In this document: piece by piece, positions 9,393 through 22,234 of the stretch
How positions within the stretch are numbered: the first letter of the stretch is position 1
How the letters are laid out: each line of letters starts with the position of its first letter
Source: Acidobacteriota bacterium
GTDB taxonomy: Bacteria; Acidobacteriota; Vicinamibacteria; Vicinamibacterales; 2-12-FULL-66-21
Reading direction: 5' to 3'
DNA length: 59,963 nt
NCBI GenBank assembly: GCA_003223835.1
Contig: QHWR01000094.1
Span: 1 to 59,963 of the forward strand
Made by a program: the position numbers and the translations under genes
The notes under the pieces: generated by a model
Databases searched by the model: none
Seen by the model: the letters and a program-made list of their open reading frames with translations, nothing else
What the model was told of the DNA's origin: nothing

Positions 9393-10232
9393 ATGAAGAG
9401 GACGCTGATAGTCGTGGCCGGCGCGGCGCTCGTGGCGGCCGCCGGCACTCACGCGCAGGAAATGAAGGGGTACGCGTTCCAGGCGCTCGAAGTGCGGATG
9501 CCCTTCGAAGCGAAGATTGTCACCGGCGCGCCGTACTCCGCGGACATCACGATCGAGCAGATGCAGACCCTCGCGGACGGCAACCGGATCGTCCACCGGA
9601 CCACCGGCCGCGTGTATCGCGACGGACAAGGACGCGTGCGGCGGGAAGAAGACAATTGGGAAGGGCACAGCGGGATCTCGATCGTCGATCCCGTGGCAAA
9701 CGTGGGGTACTCGCTCGACCCGTCGTCGCATATCGCCTGGAAGACCTTGACGCCCGAGGGCGCTGAACTCAAGCAGAAGCTCGAGAACGCGGCGCGCGAG
9801 CTCGAGGCGAAGGCACGGGCACGCGAAGGGGGCGCGGGGGCGAACGCCGGGGATGTAGAGACGCGCCGGAAGGAAGAAATGGAGCGCGCCAGGATGGAGC
9901 GGGCGCGGGCGGGCGGCGTGCCCGGTGCGCTCGAAAGGCGCGAGGCGCTCGACCGAAACCGCAAAGAAGAAAAGCTTCCGCCGCAGACGATCGAGGGCGT
10001 TCGCGCCGAAGGAATCCGCGTGACGACGACGATTGCGGCCGGCGCCATCGGCAACGACCTGCCGATCGTCATCGTCTCGGAGGAGTGGCGATCGCCGGAC
10101 CTTCAGGTCCTGTTGATGACGCGCCACACCGACCCGCGAACCGGCGAGTCGTCGTACAAACTGACCGGCATCGTCCGCGCGGCGGCATCAGGCGCGAGGA
10201 AGCGCGGAAGAGAGAATGATGTGATAGATTGA
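9393..10232 (+). CDS. Secreted hypothetical protein; C-terminus possibly truncated by a deletion near 10180
   Basis: AGGAG RBS; signal peptide MKRTLIVVAGAALVAAAGTHA; GAPYSAD...TLADGNRI...RDGQGRVRRE and GAIGNDLPIVIVSEEWRSPDLQV motifs. Confidence 0.75.
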   Translation: MKRTLIVVAGAALVAAAGTHAQEMKGYAFQALEVRMPFEAKIVTGAPYSADITIEQMQTLADGNRIVHRTTGRVYRDGQGRVRREEDNWEGHSGISIVDPVANVGYSLDPSSHIAWKTLTPEGAELKQKLENAARELEAKARAREGGAGANAGDVETRRKEEMERARMERARAGGVPGALERREALDRNRKEEKLPPQTIEGVRAEGIRVTTTIAAGAIGNDLPIVIVSEEWRSPDLQVLLMTRHTDPRTGESSYKLTGIVRAAASGARKRGRENDVID

Positions 10233-10262
10233 GCGGATCTCGCATCCGGCGAGGTCCGCTCA

Positions 10263-11633
10263 ATGGCCCAGCGCAAAATCGACGTCGTCCTCGATTCGGT
10301 CAAGCGGCTGATCCGCATCGGCGCGACGTCCAATCTCGTCAACCTGCTCCAGAAGCAGCACCCCGCCGATCTGGCGCAGGTCTTCACGGCGCTCCCTGAA
10401 AGAGATCGCGCGACCTCGTTCTCCGTCCTCGTCGAGCGCAACTCCAGGCTCGCCATGGAAGCCTTGAGCGAGCTGGGCCCGGAAGCGGGCGCCGCGCTCC
10501 TGGGCGGTCGATCCGCCGAAGACATCGCCAAACTCCTCCACGAGCTGCCGTCCGACGATGCGGCGGCGATCATCGATTACCTGCCGGAAGACGTGTCCGC
10601 GGCGGTGCTGGAGCTGGTGCAGAAGCGGCCCGGCGACGAGCTCGGCGATCTGCTCGAGTACCCCGAGCAGACCGCGGGCCGCATCATGAACCCGAAGGTC
10701 TTCGCGCTGTCGGAGGACATGACGGTCGGCGAGGCCATCAGCGCGCTCCAGGGGTCGCGCGACGTCGAGATGGTGTTCTACCTCTACGTCGTCGATGCGC
10801 GCCGCCATCTCGTCGGCGTCGTGTCGCTGCGCCGGCTGCTGCTCGTGCCGCCATCCACGCCGCTGAAGCGGATCATGACGAGCGATATCAGCAGCGTACG
10901 CGTGGACACCGACCAGGAAGAAGTCGCGCGGATCGTCGCGTCGTACAACCTGCTCGCGATTCCCGTCGTCGACGAAGAGAACAAGCTGGTCGGCGTGATC
11001 ACGGTGGACGACGTCATCGACGTCATCAAGGACGAGGCGACGGAGGACATTTATCGTCTCGCGGGTGTCTCGAGCGATGAGCGCGTCTTCACGCCGGCGA
11101 CCGAGTCGCTGCGCAAGCGTTTCCCATGGCTCGTGGTCAATCTCGCGACGGCATTCCTTGCCGCCGGGGTCGTGGGGTTGTTTCAGGGGGCAATCAGCAG
11201 GTGGGTGGCACTGGCGGTCTACATGCCTATTGTGGCCGGGATGGGGGGCAATGCCGCGACCCAGACGCTGACCGTGATCGTGCGAGGTCTGGCGCTCGGA
11301 GAGCTGACGTGGGAAAACTCGCGTAAGGCGCTGCTCAAGGAGGTGCTGGTCGGCGTCGGCAACGGCATCGCGACGGGGCTCATCGCGGCGGTCGTCGTGT
11401 GGGCGTTCAACGGCGACTGGTCGCTGGGCGCGCTTCTGTTCCTCGCGATGATCGCCAATCTGTTCGTCGCCGGCGCCTCGGGGACGCTGATCCCGCTGGG
11501 GCTGCGGGCGATGAAGGTCGATCCGGCGCTCGCGTCGACCGTCTTCATTACGACGTTCACCGACGTCTGCGGATTCTTCTCGTTCCTCGGGCTCGGCACC
11601 CTGTTCATCAGGTATTTCCACAAAGCGGTTTAG
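10263..11633 (+). CDS. mgtE: Magnesium transporter MgtE
   Basis: HPADLA, YPEQTAGRIM, CBS pair, MPIVAGMGGNAATQT, DPALAS..FITTFTDV. Confidence 0.95.
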   Translation: MAQRKIDVVLDSVKRLIRIGATSNLVNLLQKQHPADLAQVFTALPERDRATSFSVLVERNSRLAMEALSELGPEAGAALLGGRSAEDIAKLLHELPSDDAAAIIDYLPEDVSAAVLELVQKRPGDELGDLLEYPEQTAGRIMNPKVFALSEDMTVGEAISALQGSRDVEMVFYLYVVDARRHLVGVVSLRRLLLVPPSTPLKRIMTSDISSVRVDTDQEEVARIVASYNLLAIPVVDEENKLVGVITVDDVIDVIKDEATEDIYRLAGVSSDERVFTPATESLRKRFPWLVVNLATAFLAAGVVGLFQGAISRWVALAVYMPIVAGMGGNAATQTLTVIVRGLALGELTWENSRKALLKEVLVGVGNGIATGLIAAVVVWAFNGDWSLGALLFLAMIANLFVAGASGTLIPLGLRAMKVDPALASTVFITTFTDVCGFFSFLGLGTLFIRYFHKAV

Positions 11634-11659
11634 AATAAGGAGATTTTGCGGCGACTGCG

Positions 11660-12451
11660 ATGCCTGTCCATCAATCCGAAGCGCTGATCCTGCGCACCTA
11701 CAAGCTCGGAGAAGCCGATCGGATTGTGGTGTTCCTGACCAAGGATCGCGGCAAGAAGCGCGGCGTCGCGAAAGGGGCGCGGCGGGCGCGGTCGCGATTC
11801 ACGGGCGCGCTCGAGCCGCTCACGCGCGCCGATGTCGCGTACTACGAGCGCGAGCTGCGCGACCTCGTCCGCATCAATTACGTCGAGCCGCTGCGCTCGC
11901 CGCTGTCGGCGATCGACGACGTCACGAGCGACATCGCGCTCGGTCACGTCGGCTACTTCGCCGAGCTGATCGACGAGTGGGCGCCCGAAGCCCATGCGGA
12001 CGAGCGGTTGTATCGGCTCGGCGCATCGGTCGTCGAGGCGCTCTCGGGCCGGGCGCCGGTGGATCGCCTGGCGCGCTACTTCGAGTATTGGCTGCTCCGG
12101 CTGCAGGGCGTGTACCCGTCGGTGACGGCGTGCGCCGCCTGCGCCGGGCCGCTCGAGAAGGGAGCCGTCATGGCGCCGCGCGAACACGTGTATGTGTGCC
12201 GCGGCTGCGCGCCGGCGGCGGGCGGCACGTCGATTTCGGCGGAGGCGCTTCGTTTCCTGCGCGAGGCCGCCGCAGCGGCGCCGGATCGCCTCGCGCCCCT
12301 GGCGCTCTCGGCGCCCGCGGGGCGCGAGCTGGAGACGGCGCACCGGCGCCTGATCAACGTGCATCTCGAGAAGGAGTTGAAATCCGCGCGCGTGCTGCGA
12401 GAGATGAGCCAGGGATCCCACGGATCTGAAGCCTCGCGCGTCCGCCGCTAA
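11660..12451 (+). CDS. recO: DNA repair protein RecO
   Basis: ILRTYKLGEADRIV, GVAKGARR.RSRF.GALEP, CxxC...CxxC zinc finger. Confidence 0.93.
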   Translation: MPVHQSEALILRTYKLGEADRIVVFLTKDRGKKRGVAKGARRARSRFTGALEPLTRADVAYYERELRDLVRINYVEPLRSPLSAIDDVTSDIALGHVGYFAELIDEWAPEAHADERLYRLGASVVEALSGRAPVDRLARYFEYWLLRLQGVYPSVTACAACAGPLEKGAVMAPREHVYVCRGCAPAAGGTSISAEALRFLREAAAAAPDRLAPLALSAPAGRELETAHRRLINVHLEKELKSARVLREMSQGSHGSEASRVRR

Positions 12452-12454
12452 GCG

Positions 12455-13333
12455 ATGGTCACGTTTCAGCAGTTGATCTTCAAGCTGTCCGAGTTCTGGG
12501 CATCGCGCGGGTGCCTGATCCAGCAGCCGCTCGACATCGAGATGGGCGCCGGGACGATGCACCCCGAGACGTTTCTGCGGGTGCTCGGATCGGCTCCCTG
12601 GAACGTCGCGTACGTGCAGCCGTCGCGCCGGCCCGCGGATGGACGCTTCGGAGACAACCCCAACCGGCTGTTCAAGCACCATCAGTTCCAGGTCATTCTG
12701 AAGCCGGCGCCCGACGAGGTGCAGCAGCTCTATCTCCAAAGCCTCGAGGCGTGCGGCATCGACCTGCGCGCGCACGACGTCCGGTTCGAGGAAGACAACT
12801 GGGAGTCGCCGACCCTGGGCGCGTGGGGCATCGGCTGGCAGGTGCTGTTCGACGGACAGGAGATCACGCAGTTCACGTACTTCCAACAGGCGGGCGGGCT
12901 CGATCTCTCGCCGATCTCGGTGGAGCTGACGTACGGACTCGAGCGCTTCGCGATGGCGCTCCAGGACGTCGGCGACGTGTTCGATTTGGAATGGGGCCCG
13001 CGCGTGAAGTATCGCGACGTGCGTCATCGCGACGAGTTCGAGCAATCGAAGTATGCGTTCGGACAGATCGACATGCCCGCGGCGGAGCTGCACCGGACGC
13101 ACCGTGAGCTGTTCGAGCAGTATTACGTGCTCGCGCAAACGCTGCTTCGATCCGGCCTGGTGCTGCCGGCGCTCGACTACTGCCTCAAGTGTTCGCACAT
13201 GTTCAACCTGCTCGACGCGAGCGGCGGCATCGGCGTGACCGAGCGCACGGCGTACATCCTCCGCGTGCGCCGCCTCGCGGTGTCGATCGCGAAGAAATGG
13301 ACGGGCGCTGAAGAGGAGGAGGCGGCTTCATAA
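12455..13333 (+). CDS. glyQ: Glycine--tRNA ligase alpha subunit
   Basis: [52 protein letters not shown]. Confidence 0.97.
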   Translation: MVTFQQLIFKLSEFWASRGCLIQQPLDIEMGAGTMHPETFLRVLGSAPWNVAYVQPSRRPADGRFGDNPNRLFKHHQFQVILKPAPDEVQQLYLQSLEACGIDLRAHDVRFEEDNWESPTLGAWGIGWQVLFDGQEITQFTYFQQAGGLDLSPISVELTYGLERFAMALQDVGDVFDLEWGPRVKYRDVRHRDEFEQSKYAFGQIDMPAAELHRTHRELFEQYYVLAQTLLRSGLVLPALDYCLKCSHMFNLLDASGGIGVTERTAYILRVRRLAVSIAKKWTGAEEEEAAS

Positions 13334-13336
13334 AGG

Positions 13337-15562
13337 ATGGATCGAGAGCTTTTACTCGAGATCGGCGTCGAAGAACTTCCCGCGGCGTGGCTGCCGGGCC
13401 TGACGACGCAGCTCGCGGAGAAGCTCGACGCGCGCCTGCGTGAATTCCGCATGGTGCCCGACGCGCCCGTCGAAACCTACGCGACGCCCCGTCGCCTGAC
13501 CGCGCGTGTGAGCCGCATGCCGGAGCGCCAGGAGGATCTCGAGGAGACGGTCACCGGTCCGCCGCTGTCGGCGGCAGTGACGCCGGACGGCCAGCCCACG
13601 CCGGCCGCGCTCGGATTCGCGAAGAAGCAAGGGGTCGCGTTCGGCGATCTCGCACGCGTGGAAACGCCGAAGGGCGTGTACCTCACGGCGCACAAGCGCC
13701 AGCGAGGCCGAAGCGCGGCGGACGCGCTGCCGGAACTCCTCGGCGCGGTGCTCCGCGACTTGTCGTTCCCGAAGCAGATGCACTGGGACGCCGTGCTCGA
13801 CGACGGCCGCGGCGAGCTGGTGTTCGGACGGCCGATCCGCTGGCTGCTGTTCCTGTACGGCGGCCGCGTCGTCCCGTTCACGATCAGCCGTACCGCAAAC
13901 GCCGCCGGACCGCAGGTCCAGGAGGTCCCGAGCGGCGCCGTCACGTACGGCCACCGCTTCCTCGCGACGAGCGGACGCGCGGGACGGTCCATCAAAGTGC
14001 GCACGTTCGACGACTATCGCGCCCGCTTGTCCGAACATTTCATAATCCTCTCCCACGCCGAGCGCCGCGATCGCATCCTCCGGGAGCTGGAGCTGAAGGC
14101 GCGCAAGCTTTCCGGACGCGTGCTGATCCGCGAGCACGCCGCGCTGGTGGACGAGGTCGCGGACCTCGTCGAATATCCCGGCGTCGTCGCGGGGTTCTTC
14201 GAGCGCGGATACCTGGAGCTGCCGCACGAGGTCCTCACGACGACGCTCGTCCACCATCAGCATTACTTTCCGGTCGTGGACGACCGTGGCGAGCTGAAGG
14301 AAGCGTTTCTGGCGGTGGTGAACACGTCGCCGTCCGACGAGCGGTTGATCGCGAAGAACGCCGAGCGCGTCGTGACGGCGCGCCTGCGCGACGCGCGGTT
14401 CTTCTGGGAGGCGGATCGCCGCCTCCGGCTCGAGGATCGGCTCGACCGTCTGGACACCGTCATCTTCCACAAGAAGCTCGGCAGCTATCGCGACAAGGCG
14501 CTGAGGATCGAGAAGCTGGCGCGATGGATTGCGGCGGACGGCTTCGGCCGCCCGGACCAGGCCGACGCGGCGGCGCGCGCGGCGCGGCTGGCGAAGGCGG
14601 ACCTCACCACCGACATGGTCTTCGAGTTCACCGAGTTGCAGGGCGTCATGGGCGGCATCTACGCCCGCGCCGAAAACCTGCCGGAACCGGTGTGGAAGGC
14701 TATCTATTATCAGTACCTGCCGCAGGGAGTGGAGGCGGACGCCCCGCCGTCGCGCGCGCAGCTCGGCGACGCGGCGATCTCGTGGGCCGCTCTGTCGCTG
14801 GCGGACAAGCTGGATACCGTCGTCGGCCTCTTTCGCGCGGGCGAGAAGGTCTCCGGCTCCCGGGATCCGTTCGGGCTGCGCCGGGCCGCGCAAGGCATCA
14901 TCAAGATTCTCGCGGACCGTGACGAGCTTGGCCTTTCGGGTCATCTCTCGCTGGGCGGACTTATCGATCGCGCGGCGGCCGAATACGGCGACGGTCGGGC
15001 CGACCCTGCCAAGGACTGGTTGGCCCAGCTCCAGATCTTCTTCGGCGAACGCGTCCGTCACCTGCTCGAGCGTCGTGGGAGCACGTCCAATGAGTCGAAC
15101 GCGATCGTTCGGACGGACACTTCGCTCCACGAACTCGATCCGCTCGAAGCGCGTCTGCGCCTCGACGCGCTGCGGCGGGTGCGCACGTCGGAACGGTTTC
15201 AGAAGCTGGCGGAGCTGTTCAAGCGCGTCAAGAACATCTCGAAGGGCGTGACGTCCGAGATGTCGTGGGCCGAACTCGTCGAGTACGGCAAGGCGACGTC
15301 GGAGTCCGCCGAGAAACCGCTCATTGCCCACGCGGCACACAGCGTGAATCTCGTCGACGCGGCCCGCCAGGAGCGCCGCTACGTGGACGCGTTTACGCGG
15401 CTGGCGGACCTGCAGCCGGACGTTGCGAAGTTCTTCGACGACGTGCTGGTGATGGCGGAAGATGCCGCCGTGCGTCGGTCGCGTCTGCAACTGATGGCCA
15501 GACTGCGCGATCTCATTCTTTCCGTGGCGGATATTTCCGAAATCATTCCTTCCAGCGAATAA
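13337..15562 (+). CDS. glyS: Glycine--tRNA ligase beta subunit
   Basis: LLEIGVEELP, FGRPIRW, RLRDARFFW, EFTELQGVMG, GSRDPFGLRR, FFDDVLVMAED. Confidence 0.96.
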   Translation: MDRELLLEIGVEELPAAWLPGLTTQLAEKLDARLREFRMVPDAPVETYATPRRLTARVSRMPERQEDLEETVTGPPLSAAVTPDGQPTPAALGFAKKQGVAFGDLARVETPKGVYLTAHKRQRGRSAADALPELLGAVLRDLSFPKQMHWDAVLDDGRGELVFGRPIRWLLFLYGGRVVPFTISRTANAAGPQVQEVPSGAVTYGHRFLATSGRAGRSIKVRTFDDYRARLSEHFIILSHAERRDRILRELELKARKLSGRVLIREHAALVDEVADLVEYPGVVAGFFERGYLELPHEVLTTTLVHHQHYFPVVDDRGELKEAFLAVVNTSPSDERLIAKNAERVVTARLRDARFFWEADRRLRLEDRLDRLDTVIFHKKLGSYRDKALRIEKLARWIAADGFGRPDQADAAARAARLAKADLTTDMVFEFTELQGVMGGIYARAENLPEPVWKAIYYQYLPQGVEADAPPSRAQLGDAAISWAALSLADKLDTVVGLFRAGEKVSGSRDPFGLRRAAQGIIKILADRDELGLSGHLSLGGLIDRAAAEYGDGRADPAKDWLAQLQIFFGERVRHLLERRGSTSNESNAIVRTDTSLHELDPLEARLRLDALRRVRTSERFQKLAELFKRVKNISKGVTSEMSWAELVEYGKATSESAEKPLIAHAAHSVNLVDAARQERRYVDAFTRLADLQPDVAKFFDDVLVMAEDAAVRRSRLQLMARLRDLILSVADISEIIPSSE

Positions 15563-15577
15563 AGGCGGTCCAAGGAA

Positions 15578-18327
<2,750 letters not shown>

Positions 18328-18331
<4 letters not shown>

Positions 18332-19293
18332 TCCGGGTCTACGCGCATGCCGGCGGCGCGACGCGGCCGGCGGAGCGCGTCGAGCGGGCCTGGCTCGAAC
18401 CGGGCAGCCCGGTCCTGGTCTGGGTGGACCTGTTCAACCCGACCCCCGACGAAGGGCGCCTGCTCTCGGACGTCTTCCACTTCCACGAGCTGGCGGTGGA
18501 AGACGCCCTCAGCACCTCGAACGATCCGAAGGTCGAATCCTACGGCGACTACCTGTACCTGATCCTGCACGCCATCGACTTCAAGGCGCCCGAGCACTGC
18601 TTCAAGACCCACGACATCGATTTCTTCCTCGGGAAGACGTATCTCGTCACGGTCCACACCGACGAGTCGCGATCGATCGAGCACATGGCCGACATCTGCG
18701 GGCGCAACGCGATGGCGCTCGGCGAGGGCCCGGCGGCGCTGATGCACCGCATCATCGACATGGTGGTCGACAACTATCGGCCGGAGATCGACAAGCTGAA
18801 CGAGCGGCTCGACGCGCTCGAGAAGGAGGTGTTCGAGAAGTCGAACCCGCGGCTCGCGCGCGACATTCTCGACTTCAAGCGCGACGTCGCGTCGCTCCGC
18901 CGCATCGTCCAGCCGCAGCGCGACGTCGTTGGCCGGCTCGCGCGGCGCGAGTTTCCGTTCATCGATGAAACCGTGGCCTACCGCTTCCGCGACGTGCACG
19001 ATCACCTCGTCCGTCTCGTGGACGAGGCGATGTTCTTCCAGGACCGGATCACGAGCCTGCTCGATGCGCACCTGTCGATCGTCTCGAACCAGTTGAACAG
19101 CGTCATGAAGATCCTCACCGTCATCGCCACGGTGTTCATGCCGCTCACGTTCATCACCGGCCTGTACGGCATGAACGTCGATCTTCCGCACTTCGGCCTC
19201 GGCGGCACGCGGATGTTCTGGTTGCTGATGGGCCTGATGATGGGTATCAGCGGCGTGATGCTGTGGTACTTCAGGCGGCAAGGATGGATCTAG
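18328..19293 (+). CDS. corA: CorA family Mg/Co transporter
   Basis: FHELAVEDA, MKILTVIATVFMPLTFITGLYGMN (GMN motif); TTG start overlaps ppdK stop. Confidence 0.93.
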
Positions 19294-19388
19294 TCAATGC
19301 CAAATGCTGAATGCAAAATGCCAAAAGAGCTTGGCCTCGCTGCTTCCGGGCTCCTTTGGCATTTGGCATTTTGCATTTAGCATTGACT
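19292..19388. repeat. Hairpin built from inverted heptamer arrays (AAATGCC)n/(GGCATTT)n
   Basis: 39-nt arms agtcaatgccaaatgctgaatgcaaaatgccaaaagagc and gctcctttggcatttggcattttgcatttagcattgact are reverse complements with 5 differences. Confidence 0.9.
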
Positions 19389-19397
19389 CTGTCGCAC

Positions 19398-21146
19398 ATG
19401 GCCCGCATCCATCGTCTTCCCGCGGATCTAGCCAACCAGATCGCCGCCGGCGAGGTGGTCGAGCGGCCCGCGTCGGTGGTCAAAGAGCTCGTGGAGAACG
19501 CGCTCGACGCCGGCGCGCGACGGATCGCGATCGCGATCGAGCTGGGCGGCAAGAAACTCATTCGCGTCGAGGACGATGGCGAGGGGATGGACGCGGAGGA
19601 CGCGCGGCTCGCGATCGAGCGGCACGCCACGAGCAAGATCGCGCGGGTGGACGACCTCGGCGCGATCCGCACCCTCGGGTTCCGCGGGGAGGCGCTGCCG
19701 AGCATCGCGTCGGTCTCGCACTTCACGCTGCGGACGCGCGCGCGCGGAGCGCAGTCGGGAACCGAGATTCGCGTGAACGGCGGCACCGTCGCGTCGGTGC
19801 GCGAGGTCGGCGTTCCCGAAGGGACGTCGATCGACGTCGCGGACCTGTTTTACAACCTGCCGGCGCGCCGCAAGTTTCTCAAGTCCGACGCCGGAGAAGC
19901 GACGCAGGTGTCGCGCGTCACGACGCAGCTTGCGCTCGGCTATCCCGAGGTCGGGTTCACGCTCAACAGCGGATCTCGGACCTTGCTCCAGTGCCCTCCG
20001 GCGTCGAGCCTTCGCGAGCGCTTCTTCCAGTTGTACGGCGACCGTCCCGATCTCGTGGAGCTCCGAAAGGAGGCGAGCGGCCTCACGATCGAGGGCTATG
20101 CCGCGGCGCTCGGCGATCAGGGTCCCGTCCGCGGCGCGCAGAACGTGTTCGTCAATCGCCGCATCGTGAAGGACAGGACGATCGCGCACGCGATCGGCGA
20201 CGCGTACAGCGTGGCGACGATCAAGGAGCGCAGTCCGGAAGTCCACCTGTTCATCCGCATTCCGCCGGACCGCGTCGACGTGAACGTGCATCCCACGAAG
20301 GCGGAGGTCTGCTTCCTCGAACAATCGCTCGTTCATGAAGTGCTGCGGCGCGCGCTCGCCGAGGCGCTCGGGCAGGGCCGCGCCCCCGAGCTGCAGTTCA
20401 CCGTCGTCCGCGCTCACCCGGACGATCCCAGGCCGATGAGTATTCCCGGCGTGCTCGCCGGCGCGTCGGTCGGAAGCCGGTGGATGCCGGAAACGGGATC
20501 CGGGATGCCCGATGCGGGATCCGGGAGGCCGGATGCCGGATCCGCGATGCGGGATGCGGGATTGAATATCCACCCGATGATCCCCCTGGGCCAGTTCCGC
20601 GACACGTTCATCGTCGCGGTGGACGACGAGGGTGTCGCGATCGTCGATCAACATGTCGCGCACGAGCGTGTCCTCTTCGAGCAGGTGCTGGAGCGGTTGT
20701 CGGCGGGCCGCCTCGAAAGCCAGCGGCTGCTGACGCCGATCGTGCTGGAGCTCTCTTCCGCGCAGCGTGCCGCGTTGATGCAGCATCTCGCAACGCTCGA
20801 GCGCTTCGGCATGGAGGTGGAGGAATTCGGGGGCAGCAGCCTGCGGCTTTCCGCCGTGCCGGCGATGTTGAGCCCGAGCGACTGCGAAGCCGCGGTTCGC
20901 GCGCTCGCCGACGACCTCGAGGGTCTCGACCGCGGCTCGCGCGCCGAGGACGCCCTCCGCCGCATCGCCGCGACGATGGCATGCCACGCCGCCGTCAAGG
21001 CGAACTATCCGCTGACGATGGAGAAGATGCGGTTCATCCTCGACGAGCTGCGCCGGACGGCCTACTCGAGCGTCTGCCCGCACGGCCGTCCGGTCGTCCT
21101 GCGCTTGTCGCGCCGCGAAATCGAAAAGAACTTTCAGCGCATTTGA
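19398..21146 (+). CDS. mutL: DNA mismatch repair endonuclease MutL
   Basis: [61 protein letters not shown]. Confidence 0.97.
   Translation: MARIHRLPADLANQIAAGEVVERPASVVKELVENALDAGARRIAIAIELGGKKLIRVEDDGEGMDAEDARLAIERHATSKIARVDDLGAIRTLGFRGEALPSIASVSHFTLRTRARGAQSGTEIRVNGGTVASVREVGVPEGTSIDVADLFYNLPARRKFLKSDAGEATQVSRVTTQLALGYPEVGFTLNSGSRTLLQCPPASSLRERFFQLYGDRPDLVELRKEASGLTIEGYAAALGDQGPVRGAQNVFVNRRIVKDRTIAHAIGDAYSVATIKERSPEVHLFIRIPPDRVDVNVHPTKAEVCFLEQSLVHEVLRRALAEALGQGRAPELQFTVVRAHPDDPRPMSIPGVLAGASVGSRWMPETGSGMPDAGSGRPDAGSAMRDAGLNIHPMIPLGQFRDTFIVAVDDEGVAIVDQHVAHERVLFEQVLERLSAGRLESQRLLTPIVLELSSAQRAALMQHLATLERFGMEVEEFGGSSLRLSAVPAMLSPSDCEAAVRALADDLEGLDRGSRAEDALRRIAATMACHAAVKANYPLTMEKMRFILDELRRTAYSSVCPHGRPVVLRLSRREIEKNFQRI
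20494..20563. repeat. Ten heptamer units (CGGGATG/C) in the mutL linker
   Basis: cgggatc cgggatg cccgatg cgggatc cgggagg ccggatg ccggatc cgcgatg cgggatg cgggatt; encodes [22 protein letters not shown]. Confidence 0.88.
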
Positions 21147-21156
21147 CCAAATTCTC

Positions 21157-21185
21157 TTGACTGCGGCGGGTAGCAGGTTTACTCT
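21157..21185 (+). promoter_or_regulatory. Sigma70-type promoter
   Basis: TTGACT-N17-TACTCT upstream of the riboswitch-like leader. Confidence 0.65.
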
Positions 21186-21209
21186 GCAGTCATCCCAGCA
21201 GACTCCTGA

Positions 21210-21297
21210 TCCAAGCGAGAAAGGCCTCCCCGCGTGGGGGAGCGCAAAGCTGTAAGCTCCGCGCCCAGCGCGGGGTGGTTTAGCTGCCGAACTTGGA
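21210..21297 (+). ncRNA. c-di-GMP-I (GEMM-I)-like riboswitch aptamer, variant
   Basis: tccaag/cttgga closing stem; cgagaaaGGC...P2 hairpin...GCGCAAAGCT...P3...AGCTGCCGA follows the GEMM-I junction consensus. Confidence 0.7.
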
Positions 21298-21331
21298 ACG
21301 CTTCGGCCACTTCAGGTCGAGTGGTTTGTCC

Positions 21332-22234
21332 ATGCCGGCAGCCGCAAACCTGGAGCCGCCGATGACCGTACGTGGTGTGCTGCCGACGCTGCTCTTCGCC
21401 CTCTCCGCCATCATTTTCTTTGGCCTCGGCAATTACCTCGCCGCGCGGCAGGTGCAGGACGCCGAGACCGAGCAGATCGCCACGCTGCGCGCCGAGCTGG
21501 GCCTGCTGAAGCGTCAGCGCGACGCCGCGGTCTCGCCGACGACCGGCCGCAGCGCCGCGAAGGCGGGCACCATGGACGATGAAAGCCGCGCCGCGCTCGT
21601 CGCCGACATCAAGCGCGAGCTGCAGAGCGAGATGGGTCTGTTGCCCGTCAGCATGCTGCGGGAGCGTCGCGACAGCTTTGTCGAGATGTATTCGTACGAC
21701 ACGACGGGGTCGAGCAACTACGGCACCGCCGGGTATCTCGGGCGCGGATTCTTCATCACCGTGAAGCACGGCGTCGTCGCGCTCGGCGAAGGGGACCAAC
21801 GGAAGATCACGTCGGTGAAGCTGATGTACAAAGGACGGCTGATTCCCGCGCACGTGATCGACACGGGCGACGCGCAGGTGGAGGTCGATTCCGGCGACTG
21901 GGCGATTCTGAAGGTGAAGGACACGATCGACCTGCCGCCGCTCGACGTGGACCTCGCTTACAACTTCGACTTCGCGAGTCCGATCTTCCGGCTCGGCAAC
22001 GACTACTCGAAAGGGATCATTCCGTCGAGCGGGTACGTCGGCCAGCGCACGCCGAACAACCTCGTGACCTGTTTGACCGATGGCCACCCGGGCGTCTCAG
22101 GCGGCGGTGTGCTCAACAACGACGGCCAACTCGTCGGGATTCCCGTCGGCCGGATGCAGGGGGACTATCGCTTCTCGTTCATCCTGCCGCTGCGCGCCGA
22201 GATGTTCAGGAAAGTCCCGCACCTGAACAACTAG
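21332..22234 (+). CDS. Membrane-anchored trypsin-like serine protease (start 21332 or 21362)
   Basis: N-terminal TM and coiled coil; triad motifs ITVKHG, DWAIL, PGVSGGGV. Confidence 0.75.
   Translation: MPAAANLEPPMTVRGVLPTLLFALSAIIFFGLGNYLAARQVQDAETEQIATLRAELGLLKRQRDAAVSPTTGRSAAKAGTMDDESRAALVADIKRELQSEMGLLPVSMLRERRDSFVEMYSYDTTGSSNYGTAGYLGRGFFITVKHGVVALGEGDQRKITSVKLMYKGRLIPAHVIDTGDAQVEVDSGDWAILKVKDTIDLPPLDVDLAYNFDFASPIFRLGNDYSKGIIPSSGYVGQRTPNNLVTCLTDGHPGVSGGGVLNNDGQLVGIPVGRMQGDYRFSFILPLRAEMFRKVPHLNN

Noticed and set aside
19311-19397. Longer N-termini from the ORF track for mutL, era (6922), greA (24416), upp (44087), mscS (48794) and hlyC (5264)
   Set aside because: The extensions run through repeat elements or the upstream gene; conserved domains begin at downstream starts
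21158-21192. tgactgc/gcagtca inverted repeat as the mutL terminator
   Set aside because: Only 7 bp with a long loop and no U-tract; it overlaps the promoter and may be chance or an operator
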